Assembly: GCA_002269645.1 (NCBI GenBank)
Contig: NIVC01001325.1
Span: 62,001-126,000 of the forward strand
DNA length: 64,000 nucleotides
Reading direction: 5' to 3'
Source: Macrostomum lignano
Taxonomy: Eukaryota
Below the pieces are notes generated by a model, which was given only the letters and a program-made list of their open reading frames with translations, was not told the origin of the DNA and did no database searches. Below, piece by piece: positions 43,864-55,483 of the stretch. The stretch's first letter is position 1; the number at the start of each line of letters is the position of its first letter. Both the position numbers and the translations under genes were made by a program.

Positions 43864-46800
43864 ATGGGTGTCCATCCAGCAGTGCTATACTCCCCAGCTG
43901 GCATTCTTGTTGGTGCCTTCATTGTGTCTGGCCTGTACTATATGCTAACTGGGCAGGGTTACAGGTAAGTTAAAACTATTCAAATATATGAGAAATTTGC
44001 CTTAACTTTTTAAGCAGCTTTGGTGACACTAAAGATGCCAGAATAACTTTTGGGTCTTATGTTGCAATTTATTTCATAGAAAATTGTTGAAATTACTGTA
44101 AAATAGTGTTGCAATTATAATAGAGTATTGTTGCAATTACAGTACAGTGTTGTTGCGATCACAGTAGAATATTTTTGCAATTACAGTAGAGTATTGTTGC
44201 AATTACAGTAGAATATTGTTGCAATTACAGTAGAATATTGTTCAATTACAGTAGAATATTGTTGCAATTACTGTAGAATATTGTTGCAATTACAGTAGAA
44301 TATTGTTGCAATTACTGTAGAATATTGTTGCAATTACTGTAGAATATTGTTGCAATTACTGTAGAATATTGTTGCAATTACAGTAGAATATTGTTGCAAT
44401 TACTGTAGAATATTGTTGCAACAGTAGAATATTGTTGCAATTACTGTAGAATATTGTTGCAACAGTAGAATATTGTTGCAATTACTGTAGAATATTGTTG
44501 CAATTACTGTAGAATATTGTTGCAATTACTGTAGAATATTGTTGCAATTACTGTAGAATATTGTTGCAATTACTGTAATCTACTGTAGAATATTGTTGCA
44601 ACAGTAGAATATTGTTGCAATTACAGTGGAATGTATTTGCAATTACAGTCAAAGTTAGTTTAATAAGATCCACACAGATAGAAAAGTACTTTTGTTATTA
44701 CGTTCTTTTTCCGCAATTTGTTCTTATCGCCCAATCTGTCACCCAGATACGACATTGGCGCAGTTCTGGAGGGTTTCTCGCCCTATCTATGGGCCAACCT
44801 GGGCGTCGGTCTGGGCATCTCCCTGTCGGTGCTGGGAGCCGCCATCGGCATCTACACTACCGGCGCTAGCATTCTCGGCGGCGGAGTGAAAGCGCCTAGA
44901 ATTCGCACTAAGAATCTAATTAGCATCATCTTCTGCGAGGCTGTGGCCATCTATGGCATTATTATGGCTATTGTCATCTCTACCTCTGTTGTGCACTTCG
45001 ATGAGGCCACAGCTTCTGAGAAGGTGAGGAAAAACTGCACTGAAACGCATCAAATGGTTTAATCCGGCTGTTTCCAGGGCCAGAGCCCAATCAATTGGCT
45101 GCTTTTTGATTATATTCTTTTAGTATAACATAAACATCGTTTTGTGTGCCCAAAATTTCATAAGCTTTTAAATTGTCCAGGAATTCAAGTTTTCACTCGT
45201 TTTCACTTTCGTAGGCGTTTGTCACCGACAGTTAATTGTTACTGGCAGTCAATTGTCACTGACAGTCAATTGTCACTGTCAGTCAATTGTCACTGTCAGT
45301 CAATTGTCACTGTCAGTCAATTGTCACTGTCAGTCAATTGTCACTGTCACTCAACTGTCACCATCACTCAATTGTCACCGACAGTTAATTGTCACTGTCA
45401 CTCAATTGTCACTGGCAGTCAACTGTCACTGTCACTCAATTGTCACTGTCACTCAACTGTCACTGTCACTCAATTGTCACTGACAGTAAATTGTCTCTGA
45501 CAGTCAATTGTCACTATCACTCAATTGTCACTATCACTCAATTGTCACTGTCAGTCAATTGTCACTGTCACTCAATTGTCACTGACACTCATTTGTCACT
45601 GTCAGTCAATTGTCACTGTCACTCAATTGTCACTGGCAGTCAACTGTCACTGTCACTCAATTGTCATTGTCACTCAACTGTCACTGTCACTCAATTGTCA
45701 CTGACAGTTAATTGTCACTGTCACTCAACTGTCACTGTCACTCAATTGTCACTGACAGTCAATGTCACTGACAGTCAATTGTCACTGTCACTCAACTGTC
45801 ACCATCACTCAATTGTCACCGACAGTTAATTGTCACTGTCACTCAATTGTCACTGGCAGTCAACTGTCACTGTCACTCAATTGTCACTGTCACTCAACTG
45901 TCACTGTCACTCATTTGTCACTGTCAGTCAATTGTCACTGTCAGTCAATTGTCACTGTCACTCAATTGTCACTGTCACTCAATTGTCACTGTCAGTCAAT
46001 TGTCACTGTCACTCAATTGTCACTGACACTCATTTGTCACTGTCAGTCAATTGTCACTGTCAGTCAATTGTCACTGTCACTCAATTGTCACTGTCAGTCA
46101 ATTGTCACTGTCACTCAATTGTCACTGACACTCATTTGTCACTGTCAGTCAATTGTCACTGTCAGTCAATTGTCACTGTCACTCAATTGTCACTGACACT
46201 CATTTGTCACTGTCAGTCAATTGTCACTGTCAGTCAATTGTCACTGTCAGTCAATTGTCACTGTCACTCAATTGTCACTGGCAGTCAATTGTCACTGTCA
46301 CTCAATTGTCACTGTCACTCAATTGTCACTGACACTCATTTGTCACTGTCACTCAATTGTCACTGACAGTCAATTGTCACTGTCAGTCAATTGTCACTGT
46401 CACTCAATTGTCACTGTCACTCAATTGTCACTGTCAGTCAATTGTCACTGTCACTCAATTGTCACTGACACTCATTTGTCACTGTCAGTCAATTGTCACT
46501 GTCAGTCAATTGTCACTGTCACTCAATTGTCACTGTCAGTCAATTGTCACTGTCACTCAATTGTCACTGACACTCATTTGTCACTGTCAGTCAATTGTCA
46601 CTGTCAGTCAATTGTCACTGTCACTCAATTGTCACTGACACTCATTTGTCACTGTCAGTCAATTGTCACTGTCAGTCAATTGTCACTGTCAGTCAATTGT
46701 CACTGTCACTCAATTGTCACTGGCAGTCAATTGTCACTGTCACTCAATTGTCACTGTCACTCAATTGTCACTGACACTCATTTGTCACTGTCACTCAATT

Positions 46801-47289
46801 GTCACTGACAGTCAATTGTCACTGTCAGTCAATTGTCACTGTCACTCAATTGTCACTGTCACTCAATTGTCACTGTCAGTCAATTGTCACTGTCAGTCAA
46901 TTGTCACTGTCACTCAATTGTCACTGTCACTCAATTGTCACTGGCAGTCAATCAAGTGGCAGTTTGCCACTAGCAAAAGCTCAATAGCCGATTGAGTTTA
47001 TAAAGCACACCGAAACCCCTCACCCCGCCGCCGCCAGGTGCTCCGAGCCAATTACAAAGCCGGCTATTCCTTTTTCGCCGCTGGCCTCACGGTCGGATTC
47101 TGTAATTTGTTCTGCGGTGTCTGCGTCGGCGTTGTCGGCTCCGGCGCCGCCCTGGCCGACGCTCAGAATGGCACTCTGTTTGTTAAAATCCTTATTGTTG
47201 AAATATTCGCCTCAGCGATCGGCCTGTTTGGCGTCATCGTGGCCATCCTGCAGACTGCCAACGTGCGCATGGGCGACAAAGCAGACTAA
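43864..47289 (+). CDS. ATP6V0B: V-type proton ATPase 21 kDa proteolipid subunit c'', 3 exons, 209 aa
   Basis: Exons 43864-43964, 44747-45023 and 47038-47289 total 630 nt, GT-AG and phase-consistent. Motifs [70 protein letters not shown]. Confidence 0.97.
44090..44640. repeat. 22-bp minisatellite (TTGTTGCAATTAC(T/A)GTAGAATA) in ATP6V0B intron 1
   Basis: Direct reading. Confidence 0.95.
45217..46950. repeat. ~17-bp minisatellite (AATTGTCACTGTCA(G/C)TC) in ATP6V0B intron 2
   Basis: Direct reading; source of the spurious NCHCHS ORFs; variant blocks recur, indicating higher-order duplication. Confidence 0.96.
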
Positions 47290-47589
47290 TTTGATTAGGG
47301 TTAGGGGTTTGCAAATAACCTAATATTTTCAAGTATTCAGTCTTTGTTCGTACCTATTTATTATTATATCTTTTATTAACTTCCTTTCACCATTATTATT
47401 CTTATTTAAGAACTTTTATTTGGTAATGCAGAGGTCAAAAACTTTACCCGGCTATTGGCTTTTTTTGCTAACCACCTTTGTGTCTTGGTAGTTCGGTAAT
47501 GTTTTTGTAGTTTATTTGGATTGGTTCAGTTTATATAGCATAATAGATTGTAGCTGTATAGTGCGATGCGGAGCTGTAATGTCCATAGA

Positions 47590-48375
47590 TAAAAGCTCCA
47601 CAGGCTATTGACCTTAGACAACAGATCCATAGGCTATTGACCTTAGACAACAGATCCATAGGCTATTGACCATAGACAACAGATCCATAGGCTATTGACC
47701 ATAGACAACAGATCCACAGGCTATTGACCATAGACAACAGATCCATAGGCTATTGACCTTAGACAACAGATCCATAGGCTATTGACCATAGACAACAGAT
47801 CCATAGGCTATTGACCATAGACAACAGATCCATAGGCTATTGACCATAGACAACAGATCCATAGGCTATTGACCATAGACAACAGATCCATAGGCTATTG
47901 ACCATAGACAACAGATTCATAGGCTATTGACCATAGACAACAGATCCACAGGCTATTGACCATAGACAACAGATCCATAGGCTATTGACCATAGACAACA
48001 GATCCATAGGCTATTGACCATAGACAACAGATCCATAGGCTATTGACCATAGACAACAGATCCATAGGCTATTGACCTTAGACAACAGATCCATAGGCTA
48101 TTGACCATAGACAACAGATCCATAGGCTATTGACCTTAGACAACAGATCCATAGGCTATTGACCATAGACAACAGATCCATAGGCTATTGACCATAGACA
48201 ACAGATCCATAGGCTATTGACCATAGACAACAGATCCATAGGCTATTGACCATAGACAACAGATCCATAGGCTATTGACCATAGACAACAGATCCATAGG
48301 CTATTGACCTTAGACAACAGATCCATAGGCTATTGACCATAGACAACAGATCCATAGGCTATTGACCTTAGACAA
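47590..48375. repeat. 29-bp minisatellite (CATAGACAACAGATCCATAGGCTATTGAC), ~27 copies
   Basis: Direct reading; lies between ATP6V0B and BBS1. Confidence 0.97.
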
Positions 48376-49089
48376 AGAACTGACTCACAAGCCCAGTTAA
48401 ATCATTTTGTCTATGGCCAAAAGCCAAACAACTTGTTCCATCCTAGCTAGCGGCAGATGAACTGTTTTTATATTCTGAATTTAAATTATGTACATTATGA
48501 ATTAGCACTTGATTCTGCAGCAGTGTTATTGTTGAATTAATTATAGTGCTTAATATTGTCACATAAGCATATTGATTATGTTGCACTATTATATAATCGA
48601 TTTACACAATTCATGTTCTATGGATACTACTTTTGTTTTACTTTAATTTAGTTAGTTTAAGCTTTTATCCTCATTAAAATAATGTTGCAGACTTTTACAG
48701 TACAATTATGGTGATCTGTTTCCTCAATCATCAATCATGCATAATTATAATTATTATTCCGACCTTAGATGTGCTGCACACAATCTCCCATTGTGTTCTG
48801 TGTCTTGTTCTAATCCTATTATCATACTACTGATAGTAATCGTTTCCTTGTTCATTACAACCACCTTATTATATAGAGAGTATTTTCGCGTATTAATTAA
48901 ATCTTGTTCCTGTTGAAGAAAATAAAAAGTTTGCTTATAATTTTGCTGAAATTCCGTGTTTCTGATTGTTTGCTGACAAATTTGTCTTGGATTCCTGCGT
49001 TCAATTTGCTTTTTTTGTGTAGTACCTATGTATTAGGGCCCAGCATTTTTCAGAGTGTAAAGTGATTTATAAATTATGAATCAAACAAC

Positions 49090-49560
49090 TCTCAGTTTAT
49101 CAATAAAATTTCATATTTCATCAATCAAATCTCATATTTAATCGATCAAGTCTCATGTTCTATCAATTGAATCTCATGTTTCATCAATTGAATCTCATGT
49201 TTCATCAATTGAATCTCATGTTTCATCAATCAAATCTCATATTTCATCAATTGAATCTCATGTTTCATCAATTGAATCTCATGTTTCATCAATTGAATCT
49301 CATGTTTCATCAATCAAATCTCATATTTCATCAATCGATTCTCATGTTTCATCAATCGAATCTCATATTTCATCAATCGAATCTCATATTTCATCAATCG
49401 AATCTCATACTTCATTAATCAAGGCTCATAATTCATCAATCAAACCTCATTTTTCATCAATTGAATCTCATATTTAATTAATCAAATCTCATGTTTCATC
49501 AATCGAATCTCATGTTTCATCATTCTAATCTCATGTTTTATCGATCAAAGCTCATATTTC
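49090..49560. repeat. 21-bp degenerate minisatellite (AATCTCATGTTTCATCAATTG) just upstream of BBS1
   Basis: Direct reading; source of the MFHQLNL ORF. Confidence 0.93.
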
Positions 49561-49685
49561 ATCAATTAAATCTCAATTCATCGATAAAACCCCATATCTC
49601 TTCAATATGTCTATTGTACTCAGAAATATAAAATCCAATAAAAAATCAATCTTCAGCTACAAACCTAAGCAACAAACAGCCAGAA

Positions 49686-52600
49686 ATGTCCGAAGTCAAT
49701 CAAGCCGGCAGCGCAGACGCACCGACCACAGGAGACGGAGCCGAAGTCTCTGGCGAGGCCTCCCAGCAGCAGCCGCAGCAGCAGAGCAGCGACAAATGGC
49801 TTGTGGCATTGAAGGATCCCACGCCTGGTCTGAACACCCTCAGCCAGTGCATGGTGCTCACTGACGTCACCGGAGATGGCGAGAATCGCCTAGTTGTAGC
49901 CGACCTCGGCGACACTCGCACCAACATGCGACTGCGGGTTTACAAAGGCACCGCGCTGGCTATGGAGAACACCATTATTGACCTGCCTGTTGGCGTGGCC
50001 GCCTTCTATCTGGATACTAATACTCCCAGATCCCCAGCTGTTGCAGTGGCTTCTGGGCCTAGCGTTTTCATCTATAAGAACATGCGGCCGTACTTCCGGT
50101 GAGGCTTAGTCTAGGGGAGTGGCTGAGGCTTAGTTTTGGGCAGAGGCTGAGGCTTAGTTTTGGGCAGAGGCTGAGGTTTAGTTTAGGGGGACAGGCTGAG
50201 GTTTAGTTTAGGGGGACAGGCTGAGGTTTAGTTTAGGGGAGAGGCTGAGGTTTAGTTTTGGGCAGAGGCTGAGGCTTAGTTTTGGGCAGAGGCTGAGGTT
50301 TAGTTTAGGGGGACAGGCTGAGGTTTAGTTTAGGGGAGTGGTTGAGGTTTAGTTTAGGGGGACAGGCTGAGGTTTAGTTTAGGGGAGAGGCTGAGGTTTA
50401 GTTTAGGGGAGAGGCTGAGGTTTAGTTTAGGGGAGAGGCTGAGGTTTAGTTTAGGGGAGAGGCTGAGGTTTAGTTTAGGGGAGTGGTTGAGGTTTAGTTT
50501 AGGGGAGAGGTTGAGGTTTAGTTTAGGGTTCAGGCTGAGGCTTAGTTTAGGGGAGAGGCTGAGGCTTAGTTTGGGGGACAGGCTGAGGTTTAGTTAAGGG
50601 GAGAGGCTGAGGCTTAGTTTAGGGGGGAGGCTGAGGCTTAGTTTAAGGGGGAGGCTGAGGCTTAGTTTAGGGGAGAGGCTGAGGCTTAGTTTAGGGCAGA
50701 GGCTGAGGCTTAGTTTAGGGTTCAGGCTGAGGCTTAGTTTAGGGGAGTGGTTGAGGTTTAGTTTAGGGGAGAGGCTGAGGTTTAGTTTAGGGGAGTGGTT
50801 GAGGTTTAGTTTAGGAGAGAGGCTGAGGTTTAGTTTAGGGGAGTGGTTGAGGTTTAGTTTAGGGGAGTGGTTGAGGTTTAGTTTAGGGGAGAGGCTGAGG
50901 CTTAGTTTAGGGGGACAGGCTGAGGCTTAGTTTAGGGGGGCAGGCTGAGGCTTAGTTTAGGGGAGTGGTTGAGGTTTAGTTTAGGGGAGAGGCTGAGGTT
51001 TAGTTTAGGGGAGTGGTTGAGGTTTAGTTTAGGGGAGAGGCTGAGGCTTAGTTTGGGGGACAGGCTGAGGTTTAGTTTAGGGGAGAGGCTGAGGCTTAGT
51101 TTAGGGGGGAGGCTGAGGCTTAGTTTAGGGGGCAGGCTGAGGCTTAGTTTAGGGGGCAGGCTGAGGCTTAGTTTAGGCCCAATGGGGAAGGCTGAGGCTC
51201 ACTCTAAATGAACGAGCTCAGTCAAAATTTAAAAGCCTGTAACTTTCAGTGGTTTTGGTTGATGAATTTCTACATCAACATCCCGGCAGGTTCACCCTAC
51301 CGCCACTGGATCTGCACCCCCTGGAGGAGGAGATCTGGGCGGCGGCCCGGGAAGGTCGCGCCTCCGCCGTCCAGGTGCGCGGCATCATCGAAGATCTTCG
51401 AAACCAGGGCGCCAGCATCACGGGTAGGTCGCAGCGGCTGCTAGCACTGCATCCCGACCAGCTGCAGGAATTCGTTGAGGCCTACAAAACCGCCCCTCTC
51501 CGCCGGCTGAGCGTGGTGACCGCCTTGGACACGTTAAAGAAGTCGCACAGCGAGGAGGACGCGATCAGCTGCTTGGTGATGGGCACCGAGGCCTGCCAGG
51601 TGCAGGTGCTGGATCCGCAGGCCTTCACTGTGTTGGCTAAAATGCAGCTGCCCTCGCCTCCCGTGTTTCTGTGCTCATCTGGCCTGTTTGATGTGGACTA
51701 TCGGATTGTGGCCGCCTGCCGGGACGGCGTCATCTATCAGCTGCGGCGGGGCGCCAAGGAGGCCACACAGGGTATGCTGGCCTGGGGAATCTGTTGGTAG
51801 CCATGGGAATCTTTGTTGGCAACCAGAGGAATCTTTGTTGGCAGCCAGAGGAATCTTTGTTGGCAGTCCGGGGGATCTTTGTTGGCAGCCAGAGGAATCT
51901 TTGTTGGCAGCCAGGGGAATCTTTGTTGGCAGTCCGGGGAATCTTTGTTGGCAGCCAGGGGAATCTTTGTTGGCAGCCCGGGAATCCTTATTGGCAGCCT
52001 TGGAAATCTTTGTTGGGCAAGTTACGAGCGTAATTGCATGGTAACGAACACCCCCTCTCTGATACCCGTGCCCCAGGCATCAGACTGCGCGCCTCAGCCG
52101 TAGGCATGATCAGGGTTGACAAGCACATAGTCGTGGCCACCATGGACAGGCAGCTATCGGGCTACTCAACCAAGGGCAAAGAGCTCTGGCGCGCCGCCCT
52201 GCCCGCCGGTGTCACCGCCCTGGCGCCGCTCAGCCTGCCATCCAAAGGCTTCAACGCTGCTTTAGTAGCCATGGATAACAATACCGTGTGTGTGTACAAG
52301 GACAAACTCGAGGTAGACAGATTAGTCACCGAGGACGTTGTCACGGGGATTCGATTCGGTCGCTACGGACGCGAAGAGGCCACCCTAGTTACCGTGGGCA
52401 GATCCGGCGGCTTGGCAATCTACATTCTGAAGCGCAGCGCCAAATTTGTTGATGGCGCCGGCGGAGTGGGCGGCCCGCCAGCCAAGCAGTTCAGCCGGCT
52501 GCCGCTGCCCAAGAAGACTCGCCTATTCGTTGATCAGACGCTGCGCGAACGCGACTGCGCCGTGTCGATGCATCGACAATTTCTGCACGACCTGTACAGG

Positions 52601-53386
52601 CTGCGGCTGATGACGGCAGAGAACTACGTGCAGGCGTTGGAGACCAAGGCCACGCCAATCAGCGCCAGCAAGGATGACCCAGTTAAGCTGGCTTGCACTG
52701 TGCAAGGCGTCGGCCCCGTGTTCAGGCTGACTGTTGGCCTGCAGAATGCCAGCCTCACCACCGCTATTGCCGGGCTGGGCATCTCGTTTGCCTACGATGG
52801 ACTGCTGTATAGGCTGGAGAAGGTCTACATTCCTGTGAGCTCTCTGCCTGAGTGTGTCCTTCCTGTGTAGCACCCGAGTATCTCCTTAGCTGTCCCTAAG
52901 TATGTCATAAGTAGCCATTGACTATCTCCTGTGTAGTACTTGAGTATCTCCTGTATAGCCGTTAAGTACGAGTATCTCCTAAATAGCCGTTGAGTATCTC
53001 CTAATAGTTTGAGTATTCTATAGAGTCCTCGAGTATATCCCGAATAGTCCTTAAGTATCTCACAAGTAGCCCTAGAGTCTCATTAGTTCTTGAGTATCTT
53101 AAATAATCTTGAGTGCATTATTGTCCTTAAAATTCCCATTAGGACTCTCGCTAGTCTCCAAGAAACTGAATTCCCAATCAAGTGTCTCACCGAACGCTGC
53201 CGAAAACTGTTTCAGGTACCCTACCTGGTGCCCGGATTAACCTACAACTTCTCAACCATAGTGGAATGCCTGACTGACAAAGGCATAGCTGACGCAATCA
53301 AGGTGTACATATTGAAGCGGGACAACGATTCGCCGCTAGTCACTGGCGTTGTCAATATGCCGGTCAGCGAGTCATTTGTTGTGTGA
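49686..53386 (+). CDS. BBS1: Bardet-Biedl syndrome 1 protein (BBSome subunit), 4 exons, 607 aa
   Basis: Exons 49686-50098, 51290-51771, 52077-52834 and 53216-53386 total 1824 nt, GT-AG and phase-consistent. Motifs [96 protein letters not shown]. Confidence 0.96.
50099..51180. repeat. 24-bp G-rich minisatellite (GCTGAGG(C/T)TTAGTTTAGGGGAGAG) filling BBS1 intron 1
   Basis: Direct reading; the array starts at the splice donor. Confidence 0.96.
51780..52020. repeat. 23-bp minisatellite (GGAATCTTTGTTGGCAGCCAGAG) filling BBS1 intron 2
   Basis: Direct reading. Confidence 0.95.
52850..53150. repeat. Degenerate GAGTATCTCC-type repeat in BBS1 intron 3
   Basis: Repeated gagtatctcc/gagtatctt motifs at irregular spacing. 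Confidence 0.6.
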
Positions 53387-53504
53387 CCGGCGGCGGAGTT
53401 TAAACTGTACTCGAACTAAGGTTTTTTTTACATTGTCTGAACCGAACCCTTTCTGATAGGCCGTCCGAACATACGGTCTACGTGTACACCCTTTTATCCA
53501 AACT

Positions 53505-54403
53505 GTCTAAGCCTCATTGAAGAGCCTGTCTAAGCCTCATTGAAGAGCCTGTCTAAGCCTCATTGAAGAGCCTGTCTAAGCCTCATTGAAGAGCCTGTCT
53601 AAGCCTCATTGTAGAGCCTGTCTAAGCCTCATTGAAGAGCCTGTCTAAGCCTCATTGAAGAGCCTGTCTAAGCCTCCTTGAAGAGCCTGTCTAAGCCTCC
53701 TTGAAGAACCTGTCTAAGCCTCATTGAAGAGCCTGTCTAAGCCTCATTGTAGAGCCTGTCTAAGCCTCATTGAAGAGCCTGTCTAAGCCTCATTGAAGAG
53801 CCTGTCTAAGCCTCCTTGAAGAGCCTGTCTAAGCCTCCTTGAAGAGCCTGTCTAAGCCTCCTTGAAGAACCTGTCTAAGCCTCATTGAAGAGCCTGTCTA
53901 AGCCTCCTTAAAGAACCTGTCTAAGCCTCATTGAAGAGCCTGTCTAAGCCTCCTTGAAGAGCCTGTCTAAGCCTCATTGATCTAACTGGTCTCACTGGTC
54001 TAAGCCTCATTGAAGAGCCTGTCTAAGCCTCATTGAAGAGCCTGTCTAAGCCTCATTGAAGAGCCTGTCTAAGCCTTTTTGAAGAGCCTGTCTAAGCCTC
54101 CCTGAAGAGCCTGTCTAAGCCTCCTTGAAGAGCCTGTCTAAGCCTCCTTGAAGAGCCTAAGCCTCATTGTAGAGCCTGTCTAAGCCTCCTTGAAGAGCCT
54201 GTCTAAGCCTCATTGAAGAGCCTGTCTAAGCCTCATTGAAGAGCCTGTCTAAGCCTCCTTGAAGAGCCTGTCTAAGCCTCATTGAAGAGCCTGTCTAAGC
54301 CTCATTGAAGAGCCTGTCTAAGCCTCATTGAAGAGCCTGTCTAAGCCTCATTGAAGAGCCTGTCTAAGCCTCATTGAAGAGCCTGTCTAAGCCTCCTTGA
54401 AGA
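53505..54403. repeat. 23-bp minisatellite (GTCTAAGCCTCATTGAAGAGCCT), ~38 copies
   Basis: Direct reading; lies between the convergent BBS1 and FBXL4 3' ends. Confidence 0.97.
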
Positions 54404-55483
54404 TATGGAAGATAAGATATCATATGAAGATATGATACTTTTATAAGAAATCCCAAGGCGAAACAGGTTGATCAAATTTACTTTGTCTGCACATTTTCTC
54501 AATGTTTTCTACGATTTTATGCACAGATTGTGAACATTGAACAAGCATTCTTCTGTTCCTGTACTCAAAATACTTTGCTCTATTATTCTATTCGAAATTT
54601 TTATCACCATGAGCTGTGATTTGTGTCCAAAAAATTTCTCTAGATTATTTTAAAAGATAAAAATGCACTTTTTGCGTCTGTATCCGCGTCCCTTTTGAAA
54701 CTACATAAACTATTATCGTAGTAAACTATAAGATAGAAATGATAAAAACAGTTGGAACCAAGAAAGGTGTTAAACTATAGGAACAGAAGAGAAAAGCCTT
54801 GATGAAATTTGTTTATTTATCTTGTGTACCACTAGAGGGTTGCTAATTGTGTAATAAAACACAAAAAGGTTAATCAAGTTATCTATGTTTTGTAATGGCT
54901 ATGCAAACATTTCAACCGAGAAGAGTTTGATGTTGTTAGAACTAAATTGCAAACAAAAAAACATTAGGGGGGGGGGGGAATAATGCGCATCTATATATAG
55001 CCAGTTTATCCGCTGATAAGTCATCAGTTGCTACTTGTGGAAACACGCCTTTTCACTGAGAATTTTATATCCAACAGAATATACTCAGAACGCTCAATAT
55101 TGCCTTTTTGAATAATAATTACATTTTTAACTAGTAGCTAATCTCATTTTGAAAAAAACATTAATTAGGCATAGCCGTCAGGAACTACTGAGAAATTTCA
55201 CAGCGCAAGTAGGCTGTGCGAATTTTAATTATTTTTGTAGTATATACCATTATTGAGCATTACGTGTATATTCTGTCTTACGTATCAGTGTTTTTTTTAA
55301 TTAGACACAAGCCCTCAGAACATAATTTCAGACTGGATAAACAAGGAAAAATGTTATTGTTCAAGACGCCTGGAAAGTATTCGAATTCTACTTACCATTT
55401 TTTACTTTTTAAAAACTGATTTGTTTATATCAAATGGGCAAATTTGTCCCTACACCAGATACACTGAATCGGCCCCCAAAACC

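Noticed and set aside
45253-46995. His/Cys-rich ORFs (NCHCHSIV)
   Set aside because: Translations of the intronic 17-bp minisatellite.
55000-55050. Possible hammerhead ribozyme (CTGATGA followed by a hairpin on the minus strand)
   Set aside because: The obligatory GAAA does not follow stem II, and stems I and III cannot be formed.
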